Source of the DNA: Octopus sinensis
Taxonomy: Eukaryota
Reading direction: 5' to 3'
Length of the DNA: 64,000 nt
NCBI RefSeq assembly: GCF_006345805.1
Contig: NC_043003.1
Coordinates: 22,630,001-22,694,000, forward strand
Within the stretch, counting starts at the first letter, position 1, and each line of letters starts with the position of its first letter. A program made the position numbers and the translations under genes. Positions 54,914 to 64,000 of this stretch are shown piece after piece. Below the pieces are notes generated by a model. That model saw only the letters and a program-made list of their open reading frames with translations, searched no databases and was not told the DNA's origin.

Positions 54914-54956
54914 GCGTCAGATGCATTTCGGGTCTTCTGAGCTTTTTCAATAACGC
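54914..54956 (-). ncRNA. Minimal hammerhead-like motif with a U3-A8 variant core
   Basis: gcgtta-TTGAAAA-agctc agaa gaccc-GAAA-TGCA-TC-tgacgc. Stem I has 6 pairs including one G-U, the stem/loop III is the palindrome ATGCAT, the triplet is AUC and stem II is partly mismatched. Confidence 0.6.
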
Positions 54957-55477
54957 ATATTCGCAGCTAGCCACATGTTCAAACCAGAATTAGTCGGGTA
55001 TGATGTTAGAAAAGTAGACAAAACATTCGCTGAAGACGCAAATATCTACCCAGTTGAATAAAAATCGGTATACGCAACTGAAGACGTATCTAATTAAAGT
55101 AGCTAGCTATATAACAAACTTGTACGCACTATCGGTAGATGGTTTTCCTGAAGAAATATAACTCTATATTGTTTGAAGGTTATAGAATAATTATTTTGTT
55201 TACCTATTTTCGTTTTCGGATGAGGAATTAAAGTGTATGGCCAGGTAAAAAAGAAAAAAAAACCGTGTAGCAATGTGGTTACGTGATGTGAGATTGAGTT
55301 TTGTAAAGGACGTACGAATCGTTGACCCATGCGTCTAATGAGTATTAGTGACGGATTATTTTCTCTGTTACACAAGTCATATAACGTTTACGGTGTCGTT
55401 GAAGGGCGTACATACACAATACATACATGTATGTATCTTATATATAAATGGCAATTTCTGTATACATATATTTATAG

Positions 55478-55512
<35 letters not shown>

Positions 55513-55837
55513 CACACACATACACATACACACACATATATTTCAACAAATTAGTAGAGGTTTTAGAGTATCCTGTAATATACCTTGAGATATTTGTTCC
55601 GGGTTTCTTTGCTTTGAGCTCAATTCCTTCTGAAGTCAAACCATCTTTTACATCGAGGACAATAAAAAAGGCCTCTCTCCAGACCATATTATTAGCAAAA
55701 ATACCCTGTAGTATCTGTTCCAGCACTTTGCGGAGTTCTACGCCTTGTTTCTGTCCCATGGACTTATTGCGAAGCGCTGGCGTTGAGTCCAGTGTATAAG
55801 AAGCAGCTTGTGAAACTTCAATAAATTCAGACAGCTA

Positions 55838-56830
55838 CGAGGTGGTATCAAACGTTCCCGGACTAGTGCTGTCGCACTCCAACAGATAGCAACACAGTGT
55901 TGTGTGCGCAGTGAGAGCTATCAAGTGACCTTCAAGAGACACTTTACCGAGTGACAGCGCTGTGTTTGATTATGCTTCGACAAGCTTACGGCGGCGAGGC
56001 AATGGGTCGTATACAATGTTTCGAGTGGTACTGGCACTTCAAAAGCGGAAGAACGTCCCTGGCAGACGATAAGTGATATGGAAGATCTGCCACGAGCGTC
56101 ACCACCGGAAATGTGTGGAAAATTCATCGGTTTTTGTATGAAGGACAATCAACGATATTGCTGATGTTACGGGCCTGTCGTATGGGCCGATGCAGACAAT
56201 CTTAACGTCTGGATTCTTCATGACGACAATGCACCCTGTCATTGAGTTCACCTCACTCGTGATTTTTTCGTCAAAAAACAACATGGCACCGCTTCCGCCC
56301 CCGCTCTATTCGCCAGATTTAGCACCTGCGGACTTCCATCTCTTCCCTATAATGAAAATGTAGCTCAAATACTTATTTCTTTACTACCCACAAGGGGCTA
56401 AACACAGAGAGGACAGACAAGGACAGACAAACGGATTAAGTCGATTACATTGACCCCAGTGCGTAACTGGTACTTAATTTATCGACCCCGAAAGGATGAA
56501 AGGCAAAGTCGACCTCGGCGGAATTTGAACTCAGAACGTAGCGGCAGACGAAATACCGCTTAGCATTTTGCTCGGCGTGCTAACGTTTCTGCCAGCTCGC
56601 CGCATTATGTAGCTCAAATACCATCGTTTTAACACCGTTGCCGAGATTAAGAGCGAATCGCAAAAGGTCCTCGACTTGCCTACAGAAAAACGATTTCCAG
56701 GCCGGATTACAAAAGTGGCAGGAAGGTTGGGACCGGTGGCTATTTCGAAGAAGAATATGTTAAAACTTTAGTAAATAAATTATTCTTTATTAAACATAAA
56801 CTATTCCGGGAATTCTTTGATACCACATCG
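55838..56830 (+). mobile_element. Internally deleted mariner (third family) carrying a nested SINE
   Basis: TA flanks at 55836-37 and 56831-32. TIRs are cgaggtggtatcaaacgttcccggactag and ctattccgggaattctttgataccacatcg. Contains HDDNAPCH and PPPLYSPDLAPADFHLFP remnants. Confidence 0.88.
56373..56606 (-). mobile_element. SINE family A inserted into the mariner, with 15-bp TSD
   Basis: atgtagctcaaatac at 56358-56372 and 56607-56621. Confidence 0.92.
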
Positions 56831-57339
56831 TAATGTAGCGGAGCATTATAAGAATTCTGTCCGTCTGGAGGATGGGGTAGGTTATATATAAAGTATACAT
56901 ACATAGCTTTAAATAATTTTACGAGATTCAGTAACAACTGTTCTGTCGGTAATGGAATGACCGTTACTAATTTTAACTGGCTCTATTTTTCTCCCTCTCG
57001 TCTTTGACAAACTAGTTAATTTAACATTTGAAGCTTGGTAAATATTTGTAAAAGGAAGGCGAATAGCTATATTCTATAGCTTGTAATTAAAACTAAGAGT
57101 GGGTGTAAATTACTTTATTAGCTATTTTTCTTTCTTTTTTTCTCTTTTTGTTAATTTCACAGTCAATATGTACTATACAAATGTATTAGAAAACTCGTTT
57201 ACAGTGCAAATTTCAGATATTTTAGATCTGTTTCTTTCTCTCTTTTCTCCTTTACTCTTTCTTTCTGCCTCTAACATATACACACACAAATATATACGTA
57301 CATGCTCATAAGTATATATATAAACACACAGACACACAC

Positions 57340-57407
<68 letters not shown>

Positions 57408-57642
57408 ATACGCAAAACACACACATATACAAATATGTATACTTATATATATATATCTGTATACATTAATACACACATACGCGCGCACACACGCATACAC
57501 ATACACACGCACATGTACACAGACACACACACACACACGTTTGCTTCTCAAGACTCATTGCATGACATCTATTATAGCTACAAGCTGACTAAAGCCATGT
57601 CAGTGGATTCGGTATACGAAAACTGAAAGCCCATCGTATATA

Positions 57643-57678
<36 letters not shown>

Positions 57679-58162
57679 TGTATGTATGTATGTATATATA
57701 TATATGTGTGTGTGTATGTATATATATATGTATGTGTGTGCGTGTGTGTGTGTGTATTCTTTTATTCTTTTACTTGTTTCAGTCACTTGACTGCGGCCAT
57801 GCTGGAGCACCGCCTTTAGTCGAACAAATCGACCCCAGGATTTATTCTTTGTAAGCCTAGTACATATTCTATCGGTCTTTTTTGCCGAACAGCTAGAAGA
57901 CAGGGACGTAAACACACCAACATCGGTTGTCAAGCGATGGTGGAGAGACAGACACAAACACGCACACACATGTACGAAGGGCTTCTTTCAGTTTCCGCCT
58001 ACCAAATCTACACACAAGGGTTTTGGTCGGCCCGAGGCTATAGTAGAAGACACTTGCCCAAGATTCCACCCAGTGGGACTGAATCAGGAACCCTGTGGCT
58101 GGTAAGCAAGCTACTTACCATACATCCACGCCTATATACACACACATACATACACACACACA

Positions 58163-58232
<70 letters not shown>

Positions 58233-58280
58233 CACACACACACTCACACACACACACAACACACACACACACACACACAC

Positions 58281-58362
<82 letters not shown>

Positions 58363-58521
58363 CATATGTGTGGTTCTATGTCTGTGTCTTTGTTTCTGTA
58401 TTTGTCCCTACCACCGCTTGACAACCAGTGCTGGTGTGTTTACGTAATCGTAACTTAGTGGTTCAAGAAAAAAGACCGACTGGAAAATTACCGGGCTTAA
58501 TACCTAAGAAACGTATTTTTG

Positions 58522-58627
58522 ATCACTGCAATTATTTCAACCTATCTGACATGGATCCCTCGCGGGTCGGGTCCCGAACATCTGGCTTAGGTGTATCCGT
58601 CGGTGTAGATGTGTTTCCTCAGGTGAT
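58522..58627 (-). ncRNA. Degenerate hammerhead-like motif with a long GC-rich stem II domain
   Basis: atcac-CTGAGGA(58622-16)-aac...gtt-GAAAT-AATT-GCA-gtgat. Stem I is a perfect 5 bp. The sequence is two substitutions from GAAAC-AATT-GTA, so it is probably inactive. Confidence 0.5.
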
Positions 58628-59899
58628 TTCGGTGATTTCAAGAGATGTCTCGTTAAAATAAACTTTGTTTCGCAAAGTTTCTTTTTGGTCTTCGTATATA
58701 TAGATTAAGGCATACAGCTTCATACTTATAGAAGGTCCGTAACAAATATCATGTCTTAGATATAAAATACATCTGATATAAAGAAGCTTTACTTTTATTT
58801 TACATAATATGCTATCAATGGAGATTAGGCTAGGCACTTGAAGTGAGTAAAAAGACAGAGAAAAACATAGAAAGCACAGACTAACATCAGTTGGGCTCGT
58901 ACAATAAAGTTTTGTTAAACTGTATTGATATCTTTATTGCAATAAATTTACCCTATTACCTATTCATAGACAGTAGTTTTATCACTTATGAATATAACCG
59001 ACAGACGCCTCAACTTTGTTCAAACACCACACAGTATACATATTTATATATGCATTGATTAATTTATTCCAATAGCCTAACTGGAAAACCAATTCCAATA
59101 TAGCTGTTCGATCTGGGATGAAGCAAACAAGAGCAACAACAGATTTGGACTTGCCTTAAGTTAAACAACACCACAAGCTAGTTAAGTCGAGGCTAGTGTA
59201 AAAGCTGTTGACTTCATCATGCAATCTGTCCATTAGGACAACACAGTTTCTCTCAATTTGTCTTCCAACAAAACCTTATTTTAAAATCAGGACTTCATGG
59301 TTTTTAAGTATTCAAATAGAGAATTGATTCGTTGTCGGAGGCGGTGCTCTTCGGTTCTGATTCTGCTACATATCAACAGAATGTGAAGACAGTATTGTGA
59401 GAGAGAGGAGGCAGATATATCAACAAAACTACAAGTGAGAAGGCAGCAAGGAAGATAACTTTTCCGGAAATCGAAACCGCATCAGAAACACATTTTTTTC
59501 GGAGCTTACCACTATTCTACTGCAGAGATCAACGAAATCGCAAGACAGCATTATTTATCTATTATCATTAATACGTTTCGAGTTCCAAGTCCGCCGAGGC
59601 CGACTTTGCCCTTCATTCTTTCGGGATCAAGAAGATAAGTATCAGTCAAGCACTGGGGTCGATGTAATCCACTTACCCCGCCTCGAAATTATTGGCCTTG
59701 TTATATTTATTATTGTTATTTACTTTTAACCAGTATGTTTGTTGCAATCACTTGCCAGGACACACCCAGCGTCATAGGGCGAATGAAGGATAAGAGATGT
59801 TACAGTATAACTGAAAGCTTGTGGAGGGGACGTGGCAGGGGCAAAAGCGAAATATCTCCTCCGCTACAACTTCACCTTGGCTACACATTCGCTGATCTT

Positions 59900-60860
59900 C
59901 ACCTACGTTATTCTCATCGAGATTTTCACCACTACAGAAACTTTTCCTGATTGTCTGAATCTGGGCCTCATTAAGAAAGCTCTATTCCGAATTATTCTTA
60001 TCTGATTCATAAGTCCATTTTCAGTAATCTGAAAGATACCCAGCTTGTTCGAAAGTTCTAAAGATCTTTTTCCGACAACTTTACCTTTGCCATTGTTCTT
60101 GTCTAACAAGGCTTGTTCATGGCACTGGATCGCCTTTTGGTTTATATCAACAGACCACTTGCGCTTGCGAGCACGTTACATAATTTGACCAGTACTAGGT
60201 CTATGTCTTGCAGTGTGGCTAACAGTTGTTGGATTACGACCGGACTCACCCTGTTGCATAGTGGGGCACCTGTCGGGTGCATCACTTTCACCATTTGTTC
60301 AAGTCCCCTTAAACACCGTTATCGTCATTTATTTTACTTGGAATTTTCACTCGCAAATGAGGTGTGTTTTTAGGTTATTACCAACCGGTATTTTTTATCG
60401 AGACACCGCCTCTATCAAGGTTGTCTACCAAGGCGGCAGGGTCCATGCTCCTCTGGTTTGGGGCTTGAAGTGTTCCTTCTCTTACGCTACTTGCCACCCA
60501 AGGCTAACGAGTACAGCCTACTCGGAGCACTGGTTATTTGGAGGCGCCAGATACTCGCCTTTCTCCTCACTTCTGTTGGTTTTGCGCAGGAGCCGGGCTT
60601 GACTGTGACTAAGGAGCTCTATCTACCTCAGATTTGAAATCAGAGTATTCCTTCTCCCCGACAGACTGCCAGCTAAGGCTCAGACTTCTGTCTACCCGTT
60701 CTACCCGTTTTCGGAATGGCCATTGACTCTTTTAACTTCCTCTAGCCTTTGCCGGGTTGTGTTTTTAATCCCGCAGGGTGTTGAAAATCCATCCTTATCA
60801 CCAAGCAGGCTTAGTGGGGTTGCCGGCTTAGTCGCCGTCGACTCGACGGTTTCACAACAC
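59900..60860 (-). mobile_element. Decayed 5' region of a non-LTR retrotransposon (R4/Dong-like N-terminus)
   Basis: GC-richer island. Peptide NKLGIFQITENGLMNQIRIIRNRAFL resembles the G.F..TEQRL.DQ.R.I..N.WL motif I recall from R4/Dong ORF N-termini. No RT domain is present. Confidence 0.5.
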
Positions 60861-61527
60861 CGCTTGTTAATCATTTTGGGTAATTATTATTCTCTATTAT
60901 AATTTCAGGATTACTACTATAAACTCTATCTTATTATTTACTAGTTCACTAATATAGTTTCACAATTATTACCATAATTATATTATTACTATAAAACCGA
61001 GGGGTCCTAATATTGTCTCCCCTGTTTTCTTTAGACAACAAATGATGGTAGATTCACGACTGTTGGTTTAGATGCTGCTGATGCTGCGGCGTTAAATAAG
61101 AGGAGCGAGCTTGTGTCTACTAATGCAGGCTATTTAATTGGATTGCTAGTTGACATAGCTGACAGTCGATTAAGAGCAGGTGGATGGGGATTTTAAGAGT
61201 ATCTTCGTCAAGTTGGATCTAACTATCATAGCTTAGAGAGTATCTTCGGCAAGTTGGGACTAACAATCATAGCTAAGATATCGAAGCTTATAAACAACAT
61301 CACACAGTTTTAAGAAGCAGTAGTATTGTATCTATAAGAAGCTATAGTATTCTAGTAATAAACAATCCATCGTATTTTAGATTTAAATCTATAAACATAA
61401 CCAGCTCAACGTTTTAACAAACATAGAAAGTACTACAAAAAGCTTACTCATTTTTTTAAGGAGCTGTTAAGTGACCATGTCATCGTTTGAATGATTTCAA
61501 CAGCACTGAGAACCCATTGGAAGAGGA

Positions 61528-61581
<54 letters not shown>

Positions 61582-63418
61582 AGAGGCGGCGTGCAGGCAG
61601 AATTGTTAGTACACCGGAAAAATACTTAGCGGTATTTCGGGCAGCTTTACGTTCTGCATGCAAATTCTATCGAGATCGCATGTTTCCAGAGGTGAATTAT
61701 TCAAACCCTAAAGAATTCCTTTCAACACATGGCTATGATGCGCCCACACTACTCCTGCTCATAGGGCAAAGCATTGTCCGAATTGTTAGAGCGTATTACA
61801 AACTACTTTGCAGATTTGTTCCATCTCGTTAAGATCTGAATCAGAAACCTGGTGAAGTCAAGTTTAACCTTCATTCTACTGGGGAAGATAAAATAAATTA
61901 CACAATTAAAGTCACAGAATTAATCAACTATTCACCTCCCACCAACATTTATAATCATGTTCTCCATAATATTTGATGTAGTAGAAGTAGTAAAAACAAA
62001 ACAATACAAATAAATGGAATACAATATTTCACTTCTTCCCACAATATTCTGATGTCCCACATAATTTCCTATTTAATTTCATATTAGTCTTCAACCTTCA
62101 AAGGTTACGGTTATTTAAGCCCTAATGGAAAACAACCGTCATCAAAGGTTTTCCAGTTGTAACCATTCGAGTTTCTTAAAAATCCTGAATAACATACCTT
62201 AATGTACTCTTCTATGTTTGCAGCGATAGAGAGTAATTTTGAATGAGATTTAAATCATATTTGTAGCTTATTTTATTGTCTGCGTTGATGATTCTACGTT
62301 AACAGAATTCTTTCAGGTTTGAAAGAACTCGGAGCTTGTCATATAGCATTTCAATAAATTTTGTTTTGTTATATATTAAAACAACAACTCTTGTTTGTAA
62401 AAGAATTTAGTTTACTCTGTAAACATGAATAAAATAACAGTTTATACTCTATAAAATATTTTATTCTAATCATAACTAATTTAAATCTAATTAAAACGAT
62501 GCAATGAATTTCCAACTCAAAATATCGGTTATTTTGAAATCTTCATCTATCCAAACTTAATTAGGAGACTGATTCAAAATAAGAGAGCTTGCCAGCAGCC
62601 AGCCTCTAATTAGCTTTTAATCTCAAATTAAACGAAACGTTAAAAAAACAAAACAAAACAACAAATGACATTTCATTCTCGGAAAACCATGGAGCAAATT
62701 AGTGAAAAATCAAAAGTTGATAGGACTGAAAATATTGAAGGAGGATCAAAAGCAGTGTTTATTATCTCGAGATACCTGATACAAAGCAGAACCTAGAATT
62801 CCAACAATTGCTTGCTAAAGTACGTTACAAGGGTTTAAACAATAGGGGATATGTTATATGATAATGATAATAACAATAGCATCAATTGTAATAATAAAAT
62901 GGGAATAATTATATATATACAAACATATGTATACGAGTTCAAGGTAAACGTCTGTATAACTGTTTGGCTTATTAGATATAGGAGTCAAATATCACACACA
63001 AGTTGCAACGTGAGGCAAATGTGGAAACAAAAATCGATAGTAAATCTAAGATAGTGAAATATTTTCGCCCTGTTATTTTCTCGTTTAGGGAAATTTTTCT
63101 AATTATGAAAAATCAGATATACAAAAAGAGAAAGAAAAGAAAATGGAAATCTAACAAATGAAACAGAAGAGTAATCACGAAATTATTGGGGTGGATTTAT
63201 ACCAGTGTTTTCTTTAGCTTTATGATTGGTTAAGATAATTTGTCTGCATAATTAAATTGGAATGACCGAAGTTAAAACGCCTACGCCGGCCGTCATACAC
63301 TTTCACTTTTGTTCAAACGAGGGCGCGTATTAAACGCACACATGTTATCCAAATGCGTACATATATTCAAACACTCACGCAAACATCCATCCATATCTAC
63401 ATCTATATATATCTATAA

Positions 63419-63478
<60 letters not shown>

Positions 63479-63870
63479 AATTTTATTCGCTTCTTTAAAC
63501 AAATGCATCACACATTCATCATTCACTCATCAACAATAAAGCTTCATCACAGGATCCGCTTCGCTTTCCTATGTGTGGTTTATAAATAATGGTTACTGGA
63601 GTTTTGAACACATCGCGTATTTTTTTCAGGAAATAAGGGTAAATATCAATGAATAGATGTATGTGTAACTCATATTCTGACATTTTCGGCATGCAATAAA
63701 ATCCCAATGTATTGTTGGCCTTTAATATTTCGCTGATTTTCCAAACAATACTGTCTTGATGTTTCCTTACTTCAATCGTTCGAACAATCAAAAACGGTTC
63801 AAACTGTTGAAGCACTCGATTTTATGAATTGAGGGTTTCTTTCTGGTTTGTAAACACAAACGTCCATTTA

Positions 63871-63916
<46 letters not shown>

Positions 63917-64000
63917 TATACATATATATACACATATATTTATTTCGACGCTTTTGCGAATGTTTTCCCATTTTCGCCGCTGCTGGTGCTGTTGCAGCTG

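Overview
AT-rich, repeat-dense eukaryotic genomic DNA with one 100-N gap. It is very probably from an octopus or other coleoid cephalopod, an inference from the SINE families and microsatellite load as I recognise them, not from a database search. Almost all ORFs in the supplied track are microsatellite artefacts. The only host gene I can support is a minus-strand neuronal calcium sensor (NCS/recoverin family, most like invertebrate NCS-2). Two coding exons were found (22036-21764 and 15671-15486); the N-terminal exon of about 35 codons was not found. The rest is mobile DNA: three mariner copies, several MITE/foldback elements, a CR1/L2-type LINE, RTE, HERO-like and R4/Dong-like non-LTR fragments, a decayed Penelope-like element and many tRNA-derived SINEs. 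The most interesting signal is RNA structure. There are at least eight hammerhead-ribozyme-like motifs. One has a complete catalytic core whose three strands lie in a non-circularly-permuted order, in the 3' UTR of a HERO-like fragment, on the sense strand of an NCS intron. Two are minimal motifs with the compensatory U3-A8 core, and several have a greatly extended stem II. All folds were paired by eye and none has been tested.
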